Source: a virus. Taken from it: a stretch of DNA of 64,000 nucleotides. Position numbers and translations under genes: made by a program. The stretch lies in the IMG/VR virus record IMGVR_UViG_3300042807_000094. One strand, given 5' to 3'. Below the pieces are notes generated by a model that was given only the letters and a program-made list of their open reading frames with translations, did not search any database and had not been told where the DNA came from. Positions 1 to 9,536 of this stretch are shown in pieces; within the stretch, counting starts at the first letter, position 1; the number at the start of each line of letters is the position of its first letter.

Positions 1-53
1 TTGTCGGATTCGTAAAGTACGATCTTTCTACTAGTCTTGCCCATCTTACTCAT
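1..53 (-). CDS. Partial CDS (N-terminus [17 protein letters not shown], runs off window start)
   Basis: ATG at 53 overlaps the stop of the upstream IMPDH-like gene (ATGA coupling); frame open to the window edge. Confidence 0.5.
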   Translation of the reverse strand, partial: MSKMGKTSRKIVLYESD

Positions 54-1093
54 GCTAGGTTCCTAACGTGTGTAGAACTCTCAGCTTGACCGGCTACAGT
101 CTGAACAATAAACTTTGATTTTGTTTGTAGTTCGACAATGTTACGCGCTCCAGTATAAGAGAACCCGCTTCGAATACCAACCTTCAACTCTTCTAGCACA
201 TCGGCAACCGGTCCCTTCGAACGAACTCGCGAAGAAACCCCCTCGATTGAGGCAACTCGGCCTCTCCAATCTGTTTGTGCTTCCTTGCTAGCCATACCAC
301 GATACACCTTATAAGATACTCCATTATCCAAGAATGGTTCTCCCGGTGCTTCGTTAGTACCAGCCAACAAAGAACCAACCATAACTGCATCAGCACCAGC
401 GGCCAAGGCTTTTACAATATCGCCAGAGTTACGGATACCACCATCAGCGATAATAGCGGCAGGGGTTTGTGATTGTTGATGGTTTACGATATCAAAAACA
501 GATTGCAGCGTTGGAACCCCGTGTCCAGTTTGAATCCGAGTTGAGCAAATAGAACCGCCACCAACACCGACGCGGATAGAATCCGCACCCCAATCTGAAA
601 GATCGGTAAAGGCTTGTGCTGTTGCAACATTACCAGCCATAATGTGAATGTATTCTGGTAGTCCATCAGCTAGCCTCTTGATCATCCGTTCAACAGCGAA
701 GTGATGCCCATGTGCTACGTCTACACAGATTACCGAAACTCCAGCTTGTACCAAAGCTTTGGCGCGGGCATAATCCTCGTCTGAAGTACCGACAGCAGCA
801 CCAATCGTAGGAATGTCAACCTTTACCTTAGCCTTAGTGCGGCTAACCATAGCTACTTGCTCATTGACTGTGTTGTACCGATGGAAGATAGGCAAAGCGC
901 CGTTCTCAATCAATGCTATTGCCATTTCTGGTCCTACAACTGTATCCATTGGAGCAGAGATAATCGGTGACTTGACCAGTACATTATGAAGCTTTGTTCG
1001 AATATCGATTGAAGAGCGTGACTCAATATCGCTATACTGAGGTACGAGCAGAACGTCATCAAACGTCAGTGTCTGTCGTAGATTCTTGAACAT
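50..1093 (-). CDS. IMP dehydrogenase / GMP reductase family protein, short form without CBS domains
   Basis: [24 protein letters not shown], catalytic loop [29 protein letters not shown]. Confidence 0.9.
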   Translation of the reverse strand: MFKNLRQTLTFDDVLLVPQYSDIESRSSIDIRTKLHNVLVKSPIISAPMDTVVGPEMAIALIENGALPIFHRYNTVNEQVAMVSRTKAKVKVDIPTIGAAVGTSDEDYARAKALVQAGVSVICVDVAHGHHFAVERMIKRLADGLPEYIHIMAGNVATAQAFTDLSDWGADSIRVGVGGGSICSTRIQTGHGVPTLQSVFDIVNHQQSQTPAAIIADGGIRNSGDIVKALAAGADAVMVGSLLAGTNEAPGEPFLDNGVSYKVYRGMASKEAQTDWRGRVASIEGVSSRVRSKGPVADVLEELKVGIRSGFSYTGARNIVELQTKSKFIVQTVAGQAESSTHVRNLA

Positions 1094-1394
1094 CTAGATT
1101 ATCTCCTGTTTCGCTTTGTGAAAGGTACTTCTCTTCTAAGTACTGTTTATATTCTCGGACAACGCTTTGACCCTTCTCCCAGCATTCAGGGCAATATAGG
1201 CGAACATTGCCCTTGTCTTGGACAACGAACCATGTATTTGCCATTTCTTTACTCTTCTTATCGTATAGTGCTTCACATACTAAGCACATATCCGGTAGTT
1301 TGCCAAACATCATGATTTGTTCACCCATTCTCTTTTCAGCCGGGGACATGTTCTTTTCTGCCTTCTCTAAGGCTCGTCTTTGTTCTCTATTCAT
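1059..1394 (-). CDS. Hypothetical protein with two CxxC motifs (possible Zn finger)
   Basis: CLVC and CPEC; overlaps neighbours in operon-like fashion. Confidence 0.6.
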   Translation of the reverse strand: MNREQRRALEKAEKNMSPAEKRMGEQIMMFGKLPDMCLVCEALYDKKSKEMANTWFVVQDKGNVRLYCPECWEKGQSVVREYKQYLEEKYLSQSETGDNLDVQESTTDTDV

Positions 1395-1651
1395 TGTGGC
1401 TCCTGTATAAAGCTAATGTCAAGATCGGGATGTTTTAGTTTCGCCCATCCAAGTAGTTGCTGGAAGTATTCTCTGTCTAAGCAGTAATCTGTTCTACAAC
1501 CCTTGATAGAGTATGCTGGCATTATCTTCCTCTTCTGAGGTTTTATACTCAAAAAATCGACCCAATAAAAATCCTGAGAGTTTTGATAGTGGTCTGTTAT
1601 AACTGCCCAATAGTTATCTGCTGAAACTAAATCCCCGATCTTATACATCAT
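1391..1651 (-). CDS. Hypothetical protein
   Basis: 4-nt overlaps with both neighbours. Confidence 0.55.
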   Translation of the reverse strand: MMYKIGDLVSADNYWAVITDHYQNSQDFYWVDFLSIKPQKRKIMPAYSIKGCRTDYCLDREYFQQLLGWAKLKHPDLDISFIQEPQ

Positions 1652-2106
1652 CGTCCCGTGCTGCCGAGCGCGCCGTCACCACGATTCGAAATAACAATGC
1701 TGCTCCGAGAATAAAGCTCGTCGTCAAGAGCCTGAACGAGTCTAGTGTTGACGACAGGAATGAATACGCCTTGTGCAATCTTGTCTCCCGGTTCGATAAC
1801 TTGTGCCTGACTACCGATGTTATGAAGGTTAACAAACACTTCTCCATCGTATCCAGCGTCTACCACGCAAGCACCTACAATCAACTGTCGTTTTGCTGCA
1901 ACAGATGAACGATTCATGATCTGCAACATAAGACCATGTGAAACGCCAAACTTCAATCCAGTACCCAAGATTCGGCTCTCTCCCGGCTGAATGGTTACAG
2001 CTTGGAAGTCAATCGGATTGAATGGAAGATCGATTCCAGCGTCCGATGGATTAGCACGGGTAGGATGCCGACGTACATGCGGCAGGGCGTAATACTCCAA
2101 CATCAC
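1648..2106 (-). CDS. dut: Trimeric dUTPase
   Basis: DAGIDL, NRSS, VVDAGYDGEV, KIAQG, RGDGALGSTG motifs. Confidence 0.95.
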   Translation of the reverse strand: MMLEYYALPHVRRHPTRANPSDAGIDLPFNPIDFQAVTIQPGESRILGTGLKFGVSHGLMLQIMNRSSVAAKRQLIVGACVVDAGYDGEVFVNLHNIGSQAQVIEPGDKIAQGVFIPVVNTRLVQALDDELYSRSSIVISNRGDGALGSTGR

Positions 2107-2372
2107 CGGGCACCCCGAAGAGTTTGGTATGCCTCCGCAAGTGCATCAAGGCTTTCGTTCTTCTTTAGCATTCGATAAGCACGGGTAATGGTCGAAATGT
2201 CATCCTTCGACAAAAAGCCATTCTTTACGAAGTCAGAGCGCAGTTCACGCTTAGACTCCTTGTAAGGCTCCATAGCATCTTCGATAGCCTTTAGGGTACG
2301 AATGTACTCAATAAGCTTCTCGCTCTTGCTGGAAAGGTCGTTGTCAGCCTCTTGGTCAATATCTTCAAACAT
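2103..2372 (-). CDS. Small helical dsDNA-binding protein, GapR/DUF2312 / T4 DsbA-like
   Basis: LIEYIRTLKAIEDAMEPYKESKRELRSDFVKNGF..DISTITRAYRM resembles the GapR/DsbA pattern; start placed at MFEDID behind AAGGAG. Confidence 0.5.
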   Translation of the reverse strand: MFEDIDQEADNDLSSKSEKLIEYIRTLKAIEDAMEPYKESKRELRSDFVKNGFLSKDDISTITRAYRMLKKNESLDALAEAYQTLRGAR

Positions 2373-2418
2373 GGAATCTCCTTTTGTATTGTTAGTATAA
2401 CTTGTTAGTGTTCGATGG

Positions 2419-3384
2419 TCAAGCAGCATTTGTCTGCGATTCGTAAAGTCTGATAGCTCGCATCAAAGCTAGCTCTTTCATTTTAGCCTCAATCATGCAG
2501 TCGTATCGAACGCCATGATTGTTAGGCAAAAGATTGATGTAGTCCGAATGAGCTTGTGGCTTGATCTTTGGATTCTTCTGCTCAATCGAACGACTCTCAG
2601 AGTAATGGACGACAGGCTTGATGTTACCCCAAGTACTAGCTGCCATTTGCAACGCTTCTGCTTCGGGCACTCCGCCGTCGTGTAGACTGTGGTGATGGTA
2701 ATCGAAAACGATTGGAATGTTGATCTTACTACTGATCATTTGGTTGAGATCACTGGTAGAGAACAAGGAAGGCTTATCATCATTTTCGACGGTCAAACGG
2801 GTCTTTACCGCGTCTGAGAGGAGTTCGAAGTTACGACAGAATGATTCAGCAGCCTTAGCCTTGTCGCCATAGGACGCTCCAACATGAATGTTGATCTTTG
2901 ACCACGGGGTACGGGGCATAAGAAGCTTGTCCTGAACCCAGCCATGAATCTCCAAATCCCGAACGGTTTGTCGAATAACGCGCTCGTCAGACGAAGCCAG
3001 CTTATTGAAAGGACCGGGATGAGAGGTCAAACGGATGTTACTAGCGTTTGCGTATTGACCAGCCTTGGTCATCCACGAAACAATCTCGTCATGATCGGGA
3101 AGTTGCTCAAACTGATACTCCGAAGCCCAAGGGAAAATGTCTGAGGACAAGCGGTAAAAGTAAATGAAGTTCTGCTTGTTCCAAACAAGGATCTTGTACA
3201 GATCTTTGACGTTTTGCAGAGCTAGCTCAGAAGCGTACCTTAGACCACGACGTTCGAATGTAGACTTGATCATTGTCCGATTTGTTGTAATCGGTTCTGT
3301 CTTCTTTGGCTTCGCACCGTACAAAACTGGTTGCGAAAGCTGCATGTTGATACATGCATACCCATAGTTGGTTTCCTTGATCAC
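2419..3384 (-). CDS. uvsE: UV damage endonuclease (UVDE)
   Basis: GYACIN, FYRLSSDIFPWAS, HPGPF, LTVENDDK, FDYHHH, HYSES, AHSDYI, MIEAKMKE; GTG start behind GGAGG. Confidence 0.92.
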   Translation of the reverse strand: MIKETNYGYACINMQLSQPVLYGAKPKKTEPITTNRTMIKSTFERRGLRYASELALQNVKDLYKILVWNKQNFIYFYRLSSDIFPWASEYQFEQLPDHDEIVSWMTKAGQYANASNIRLTSHPGPFNKLASSDERVIRQTVRDLEIHGWVQDKLLMPRTPWSKINIHVGASYGDKAKAAESFCRNFELLSDAVKTRLTVENDDKPSLFSTSDLNQMISSKINIPIVFDYHHHSLHDGGVPEAEALQMAASTWGNIKPVVHYSESRSIEQKNPKIKPQAHSDYINLLPNNHGVRYDCMIEAKMKELALMRAIRLYESQTNAA

Positions 3385-3403
3385 TCGTCCTCCTTACCTT
3401 ACT

Positions 3404-3432
3404 ATTATAGCGCGGTAGAGAGAGAATGGCAA
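3404..3432 (-). promoter_or_regulatory. Sigma70-like promoter TTGCCA-N17-TATAAT upstream of uvsE
   Basis: Near-consensus hexamers with 17-nt spacer in an intergenic gap. Confidence 0.75.
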
Positions 3433-3444
3433 GTCAACAGATCG

Positions 3445-3858
3445 TCAAGCGTCTGGATTCTTCTTATGCCACTTAAACGAAGCTTCGTTATCGGTTACTG
3501 GACCACCAGCGGCCCAAGTAGTACAAGTCCTACGAGAATGGCACTTGAAATGGTGCATCCAGCAATAACCGAACTCTCCCGGTCCTTTGATCTGTTCGTC
3601 TACAACAGTCATGCATTTCTTCATTCTTGGAGAGGTATCAAAAGCAACACAGTTTCCACAAAGTGACTTCTTCGCTTCTTCTGGAGTTGCATCCCATTTA
3701 TCTGCGATCTTCTGCCAGAACTCTTCGTTTGGTTCGTTAGGATTCAGCGGACCATAGTGGTATTCTTCGATTGTAGCATCGCGATTATCTGTATTTAGTT
3801 TTAGGTCTTGTGTAGCTTTCGGGCAGGGAAACAGACTACCCATAGTGATTTTGATCAT
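3445..3858 (-). CDS. Cys/His-rich hypothetical protein
   Basis: CGNC, YCWMHHFKC, TCTTW; start at MIKITM behind GAGG; preceded by ACTACTTA motif. Confidence 0.7.
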   Translation of the reverse strand: MIKITMGSLFPCPKATQDLKLNTDNRDATIEEYHYGPLNPNEPNEEFWQKIADKWDATPEEAKKSLCGNCVAFDTSPRMKKCMTVVDEQIKGPGEFGYCWMHHFKCHSRRTCTTWAAGGPVTDNEASFKWHKKNPDA

Positions 3859-3872
3859 TTTATACCTCTCTA

Positions 3873-3880
3873 TAAGTAGT
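3873..3880 (-). promoter_or_regulatory. Putative late promoter motif ACTACTTA
   Basis: Copy of recurrent motif, 14 nt upstream of ATG. Confidence 0.55.
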
Positions 3881-3906
3881 CTGTTTGACATAGTAAAGTA
3901 AATAGG

Positions 3907-6900
3907 CTATGAAGCGAGACACTTCCAGTATTTATCGATACGTCCGCGAGTCGAGAAACCCCATTCATCATTGTAATCTGGCTTGACTAGATAAGGCTTG
4001 TTTACTTCTAGACGATCACCCATGTCCATGCTAATGCCCCAGCAACGGATTGTCAAGATAGCAGAGTTAGAATCTACAACTTCTACTTGGAAATACTCCT
4101 TACCATTGGCTGTACGCTTAGCGATAACCTTGCGAGGAATACACCAAGTTAGCTGCAATGCTGGCTCAAACTCAGAAATCGGTGGAATCATCTTCTCTTC
4201 TAGCATTTCTAGTGTCTTATTGGACACAACCTTAGAGATTGGGAACTCACCGGTTAGTTCAGTAAGGAACTGAATCTCTTCTTCCGGTGTGAAGTCTCCT
4301 TCCGGTGCATAAAGAGCGATGTTCTCTTCCAAGTTCTTTGGCTTCCTTGGGCGATCAACCGCAATCGAAGACCAAAAATGCTTCTTACCCGTAAATCGAC
4401 TATCAACTAGCGTGTTCATGGCACCAGAACGTACCAGAACATCCAAAGTCTTTTTATTTAGCTTCGAATAACGCATGTTTTCGTTGAAAAGAAACTCTTC
4501 GACTGTCCTAAAAGGTCGTCCCTTAAAGATTTCATCGATTGCCGACTCTCCAAGACCCTTGATAGAAGTCAAAGGCTGGATAAGACTAGAACTATCATCA
4601 GAAATCTCCCAATAAACACCGGATGTATTGATGTTTAGTGGTTCAATACCATACCCAAAAGACTTAGCAATCGAAATAGCCTTCTCCTTCTTAGTTTCTG
4701 GCTCTTTGTCGAGGAATGCAGCAAGCCATTCAGCCTCAAAGTAAGTCAAAAGCCAAGCACATTGGTAAGAAATGATTGAGTAGCAGACAGCGTGAGACTT
4801 GTTGAAGCCATAACCAGAGAAGAACTTGAACTTTTCCCACAGGTCATTAGCAGCCTTGCTTGTCATACCCTTCTCGACACAACCCTCGATGAAGCGGTCA
4901 TAAAGAGACTGAAGAACCTTATCAGTCTTACCAGTACCCTTCTTGGTTAGAACCTTACGGAGACTGTTGCCTTCGTCAAGAGTGATGTTCTTACCAAGCT
5001 TGTGGGCCAGCAATGCAATCTGCTCTTGGAAGATTAGGAATCCATACGTTTCTTGGGTAATGTTCTTGTATTCAGCATTTGGATAATCGATTAGAAGTGG
5101 TGCTTCCTTGGCATCGATGTAATCCTTATCAACTCCTGCCGACAATGGACCGGGACGGTAGATAGAAGTAATGGCAGAAAGATCGATGATGTTCTCCGGC
5201 CTTGCTTGCTTACAAAGCTTTTGAACTCCGTTCTCTGTAAACTGGAATACACCAGCCCACTTGCCATTCTGGAATACATTCTTGTATACCTTCTTATCGT
5301 TCAAGTCCAAAACGTCAGGATGCAGCCTCTCATCATAGTACTTACGAATGTCAGCGTATGTTGGGTTCTTGACTCCATGATGCCTCTTCAAGATGTGACG
5401 GATTGCACCCTCAATCATTCGAAGAGTTGAAAGACCAAGAATGTCGAACTTGATGAATCCCAAAGGTTCAAGGTGGCGAACGTTTTGTCCTTCCGACCAA
5501 GGGGTTTGGCGAACGTTCTTAGAGGAGATAAGAGGCATGTACTTATCCAAATCCTCTGCGACAACAACGCCGCCAGCATGACGAGAACAAGAACGAACTT
5601 GACCATACAAAGCATCGATGTGATTTGCAACATCAGGGTACTTTGACAAGAATGCTTGCAATGTTGGCGAATACTCCTTCACTTCTTCGAAAGTAGGAGT
5701 GTAAACACCAGCCTTCATACCAAGCTTCTGCTTTGCAATCGGAGTTGCTTCTGCCATCATTCGACCAGTGACCTTGTTGACCTCTGTGAACGGAATGTTG
5801 TAAAGCTTGGAAATGTCCTTGATAAGAGACTTTAGTTGAAGTGTGTTCCAGTTTGAGATTGGAACGACCGTATTGTCTCCCCACTTTCCAATCAAGACAT
5901 CCTTGATAACCATTGGGTCAGCAACGTCAAAGTCAATGTCGGGATAATCTGTTGCGTCTGCACGGAGAAAGCGTGAGAATAGCAAATCATATTTGATTGG
6001 ATCAACTTGCGTGATTTCCAAAGCGTAAGCGACCAGCGAACCAGCAGCAGAACCGCGACCGGGACCAGTAAGCATGTGTTCGTTAGAAATAGCAGCAATC
6101 TGATTCATTGTGAGGAAGTACTTGGAGAATCCACGATCTGCGATAACAGACAACTCATAACGGAGCCTTTCAACGTATTCCGCATTGGTATGAAGATTCT
6201 TCTTGCGAAGTCCTTCCATAGAGAACTTTTCCAAGGCAGTATCAGCAGTCTCGCCAGCAGGAACAACGAAGTCAGGAAGTCGAACAGTTGTATCCGGTTC
6301 GAACCTTTCGATGCGGTTCATTGCAATGTTGTGAGTTTCTGTGATAGAGTTCAGAACAAGATCATCATCGTATTCTACACCACATAGCTCAGAATACTTC
6401 TTGTAAGAAGCCCACATTTGGTCGCCATTCTTTGGGTATAGCTCATAGCCAATCTCATCGACATTTGCAGGTAGTTCGCTCTCATTTGCCCAATCAGGAC
6501 GACCCGTTCCAAGCCAGCCAAGACGCTTGTAAAGCTCACGATCCTTCCAAGCAGTTGGGTTAGGATAGTGCGAATCAGCCGTAGAAACAAGCTTGATTCC
6601 GAACTCTTGTTGGATTTGGATTACATACTGATTCAGAAGATGCTGCTCGGGAATGTTGTTCCATTGCAGTTCACCATACCACCGATCTCCAAAAATGGAA
6701 ACCATGTTTCGGGTGACTTCTCGCATAGCCTCTAGAACAGCCTCAGAGCCTTTCTCGCGATTCTCCCAAAAGCACCCAGCGTAGACCCCACCCAAGCACG
6801 CAGACGACGCAATAAGCCCCTCAGAGTGTTCACGGAGCATGTCATAATCGACGCGAGGATAGCGGTAGTAGTTCTCTTCGCGGTAGGAATCAGAAACCAG

Positions 6901-7356
6901 TTTGAACAGATTGTTCAGACCTGTTTGGTTTTGAGCGAGCAATACCAAGTGCCGACGACGAGAAAGAATGCTGTTCGAAGCTTTCTTCGTTTCTGCTTCG
7001 TTTTCGATTGTCGTGCCGGAAGTTTCATCTTCTGCAACCTTGGAAGCTTCCTTCTTATCTTCCATAGTCTTATCGTATTCCTTGCGCCATTCCTTGATAG
7101 AAGGCACAAAGTAGGCTTCACAGCCAAAGATTGGCTTGAAGTCCTTGCCACTCTCATTCATCTTTCGGGCGTGCAGAACTTGCCACGAAAATCCGTTCAT
7201 ATTTCCGTGGTCCGTTAAAGCCAACGCATTCATGCCGTTGGAATAAGCAAAGTCCATGTGGTCTTGTGGATATCCAAGACCATCGAAGATGGAGCCTGCT
7301 ACGCTGTGGGCATGAAGCCCAACAAACGGAATGCTACTTTCAACGCGATCAGACAT
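3907..7356 (-). CDS. dnaE: DNA polymerase III alpha subunit (family C)
   Basis: PHP domain LHAHS / DHGNMNG, GRGSAAGSLVAY, PDIDFD, HAGGVV, KFDILGL, YRPGP, GYGFNKSHA. Confidence 0.97.
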   Translation of the reverse strand: MSDRVESSIPFVGLHAHSVAGSIFDGLGYPQDHMDFAYSNGMNALALTDHGNMNGFSWQVLHARKMNESGKDFKPIFGCEAYFVPSIKEWRKEYDKTMEDKKEASKVAEDETSGTTIENEAETKKASNSILSRRRHLVLLAQNQTGLNNLFKLVSDSYREENYYRYPRVDYDMLREHSEGLIASSACLGGVYAGCFWENREKGSEAVLEAMREVTRNMVSIFGDRWYGELQWNNIPEQHLLNQYVIQIQQEFGIKLVSTADSHYPNPTAWKDRELYKRLGWLGTGRPDWANESELPANVDEIGYELYPKNGDQMWASYKKYSELCGVEYDDDLVLNSITETHNIAMNRIERFEPDTTVRLPDFVVPAGETADTALEKFSMEGLRKKNLHTNAEYVERLRYELSVIADRGFSKYFLTMNQIAAISNEHMLTGPGRGSAAGSLVAYALEITQVDPIKYDLLFSRFLRADATDYPDIDFDVADPMVIKDVLIGKWGDNTVVPISNWNTLQLKSLIKDISKLYNIPFTEVNKVTGRMMAEATPIAKQKLGMKAGVYTPTFEEVKEYSPTLQAFLSKYPDVANHIDALYGQVRSCSRHAGGVVVAEDLDKYMPLISSKNVRQTPWSEGQNVRHLEPLGFIKFDILGLSTLRMIEGAIRHILKRHHGVKNPTYADIRKYYDERLHPDVLDLNDKKVYKNVFQNGKWAGVFQFTENGVQKLCKQARPENIIDLSAITSIYRPGPLSAGVDKDYIDAKEAPLLIDYPNAEYKNITQETYGFLIFQEQIALLAHKLGKNITLDEGNSLRKVLTKKGTGKTDKVLQSLYDRFIEGCVEKGMTSKAANDLWEKFKFFSGYGFNKSHAVCYSIISYQCAWLLTYFEAEWLAAFLDKEPETKKEKAISIAKSFGYGIEPLNINTSGVYWEISDDSSSLIQPLTSIKGLGESAIDEIFKGRPFRTVEEFLFNENMRYSKLNKKTLDVLVRSGAMNTLVDSRFTGKKHFWSSIAVDRPRKPKNLEENIALYAPEGDFTPEEEIQFLTELTGEFPISKVVSNKTLEMLEEKMIPPISEFEPALQLTWCIPRKVIAKRTANGKEYFQVEVVDSNSAILTIRCWGISMDMGDRLEVNKPYLVKPDYNDEWGFSTRGRIDKYWKCLAS

Positions 7357-7717
7357 TCACACCTCCTTCGGTATCGGGAATGACTTCATCAATGTAGCGA
7401 CAAACCTTCTTATACTCTTCTGTGTTCGGAAAATAGAACTCGCGAGCATAATACTTGTACGCTGACTTCTCAATCTTAGTATAAACACCAAGCCCTGTCA
7501 AGTGGCTGACCATTCCTTTACACCATTCGTGAACAACCTTGCGAGTTGTGCTGGTAAGCTTGATCGGGCATTTACCGGCAGGAATAATGAGAGTGTACTT
7601 TACAGCACCCTTCTCGACCTTGACGGGCTTTTCGGTATTTTCCGTCTTTGGCTTTCTTGTGCGACGCTTCGGGGTTTCATCCGTCGTCGTCTGTTGAGTC
7701 TTCTTCGTCCGTGGCAT
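7349..7717 (-). CDS. Hypothetical protein with basic N-terminal tail
   Basis: ORF overlapping both neighbours. Confidence 0.55.
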   Translation of the reverse strand: MPRTKKTQQTTTDETPKRRTRKPKTENTEKPVKVEKGAVKYTLIIPAGKCPIKLTSTTRKVVHEWCKGMVSHLTGLGVYTKIEKSAYKYYAREFYFPNTEEYKKVCRYIDEVIPDTEGGVNV

Positions 7718-8582
7718 CTTGTAAATCCTCCGCTATTGGGTTCCATTCGTGGTACGAAATAAAAATCTTACCGGGAAACTTGATTTGTTGTGAGACTGAA
7801 TCACCGAGGTAAATCTTATACCATTCCCATGAATCAATCTGACGGAACCAGTCCAACTCTAAAGTGTTTTCTGGTTCCAGTTCATTTCCGCTGTACAATA
7901 TATCCAAGTCCACCTCATCTGTAAAGACTGATTTACAATCCTCTAACAGTTGTCCAGAAATCATGGAGTTCTCGAAAAATCTAAAGTTTTCTAAGAAAGA
8001 TTCCAAGTCCGATTGACCAAAGCTAAAAGGTAGGTGGTAGTTGTCCTTTACTGATTTGCCTCCAGAAGTAAAGAACAAGTTTGGTTTTGTTGCATTTGAC
8101 AGGATTTGTCTGTGTTTCCTAACTGCTTGATGGGGGTAGATACCGAAAGGGAAACTAACAAAGAACCTATTCGGTTTGGTCCAGCTACTAATCTGACCGC
8201 AAATCTTACTAGCAGTCATTGCTCCTTGGATAATCGACCAAGGAAGGCAGTTTTCCTTATGCTTGTCTTCTACTTTGATTGGAACATAGTAGATCGGTAT
8301 AAGCTTACGCCATTGATCTGGTTGGCGAGAAAGCTTTTTGGCTCCAATCGAAGTTGGATCGTAGGTGAAATCACCCATTCGACGGCGTATCAATGGAGTT
8401 GCGCTTTGTTCACACACAACCCAGATTGTTTCACAACCGGCCCATGCTGCTTGATGGACGGCATACTCAACAGCGAAATAGTTAGGGGCTACCGGGATGA
8501 GAGCATCTGACCACGGTAGATTGTATCCTGTTGGTCTAGAAGCTACTGGAACTATCCCTGCCAGATGAAAAGAGTTCGACAT
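7677..8582 (-). CDS. Divergent sugar-phosphate nucleotidyltransferase-like protein
   Basis: N-terminus HLAGIVPVA...LPWSDALIPV...AVEYAVHQAAWAGCETIWVV follows the NTP_transferase pattern but lacks GxGTR. Confidence 0.5.
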   Translation of the reverse strand: MSNSFHLAGIVPVASRPTGYNLPWSDALIPVAPNYFAVEYAVHQAAWAGCETIWVVCEQSATPLIRRRMGDFTYDPTSIGAKKLSRQPDQWRKLIPIYYVPIKVEDKHKENCLPWSIIQGAMTASKICGQISSWTKPNRFFVSFPFGIYPHQAVRKHRQILSNATKPNLFFTSGGKSVKDNYHLPFSFGQSDLESFLENFRFFENSMISGQLLEDCKSVFTDEVDLDILYSGNELEPENTLELDWFRQIDSWEWYKIYLGDSVSQQIKFPGKIFISYHEWNPIAEDLQDATDEEDSTDDDG

Positions 8583-9384
8583 AGTACTTCTTCGGTTTGA
8601 TTGATAGTTCTTGATAAGTATCAAGTATTTGCTGTGGTTTCTCTAGTTTGTAAACCACGTTTGTTCCTGATGATTCTGCTAGCTCGTACTGATAATAGAT
8701 GTCTCTACCAGCATGTTCAAGCACGATTGTCTTAGTGATGATTTCTTCTTTCAGAAGTCTTCTAAGCTTGATTCTACTGATTGTTTCAGTATAATCATCA
8801 GAGAGAATCTGGTCCTGCGTTAGATAGGATCTTACAACACAATCCTTTCTATCTTGATAAGATGATCTTTTTGATTTATAGAACCAGACTTCATTTATAA
8901 ATGGATCATCATAGGAAAGATACGTTTTATCGTGTTTTGATCCATGACGAACGTTGAACCAATCTATAACTGTATGTTTAGTATCAGATAGATTCGGAGT
9001 ATTTGTGATGCCAGATACTTGTTCTGCATCAAATACGATTAGATTGCTAAACTGAGTTTTGACCATTCTAGAAAACTCAGTTGTTAGCTTAAGTAAGTTA
9101 TCGTCTTCGACTCGGATCGAACGAATCAAATCAGAGCCGAAGACTTTACCTTGAAGAGATTGATAGAACATAAGCTTTTCCCACAAGAAAATCTGTGGTA
9201 TCTTGACTTTGTTCTGGAATCCAAAATGCTCTGGATTTCTGATTACCACATCATCAAAGATGAACGGTGGTTTTGGTTGTGTAAACAGTATTGGTAAGTT
9301 GTTGTAATAGGAATACAACAAACTGGAGAGACACCCGCCTATAACCAGTTTCTCATGATTATAAAGATGCCTCTCTAATCTCAT
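8536..9384 (-). CDS. Hypothetical protein, possible degenerate Rossmann/FAD-binding start
   Basis: KLVIGGCLSSL at N-terminus; AT-rich ORF of 282 aa. Confidence 0.45.
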   Translation of the reverse strand: MRLERHLYNHEKLVIGGCLSSLLYSYYNNLPILFTQPKPPFIFDDVVIRNPEHFGFQNKVKIPQIFLWEKLMFYQSLQGKVFGSDLIRSIRVEDDNLLKLTTEFSRMVKTQFSNLIVFDAEQVSGITNTPNLSDTKHTVIDWFNVRHGSKHDKTYLSYDDPFINEVWFYKSKRSSYQDRKDCVVRSYLTQDQILSDDYTETISRIKLRRLLKEEIITKTIVLEHAGRDIYYQYELAESSGTNVVYKLEKPQQILDTYQELSIKPKKYYVELFSSGRDSSSSF

Positions 9385-9536
9385 CCTTTTCCTTGTCCGC
9401 GATAACGCTTACGGTATCCCTTCGGAACTGTACCGTTAGAACCTAGTCTCTTGAACTTGGAATGCTTTCCATTTCCAATAGTGGTCTTTTTCTTCGTTGG
9501 TTGGTAATCTTTACCATTACGTCGTCCTGCTGTCAC
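9381..9536 (-). CDS. Small highly basic protein (51 aa) ending RKRYRGQGKG, absent from ORF track
   Basis: GTG start overlaps glutaredoxin TGA and its TGA overlaps next ATG; fills the gap exactly. Confidence 0.7.
   Translation of the reverse strand: MTAGRRNGKDYQPTKKKTTIGNGKHSKFKRLGSNGTVPKGYRKRYRGQGKG

Noticed and set aside
3907-7356. Intein in DnaE (also checked helicase, RecA, terminase)
   Set aside because: Lengths are ordinary, conserved motifs are contiguous, and no C-x...HN-(C/S/T) blocks were seen.
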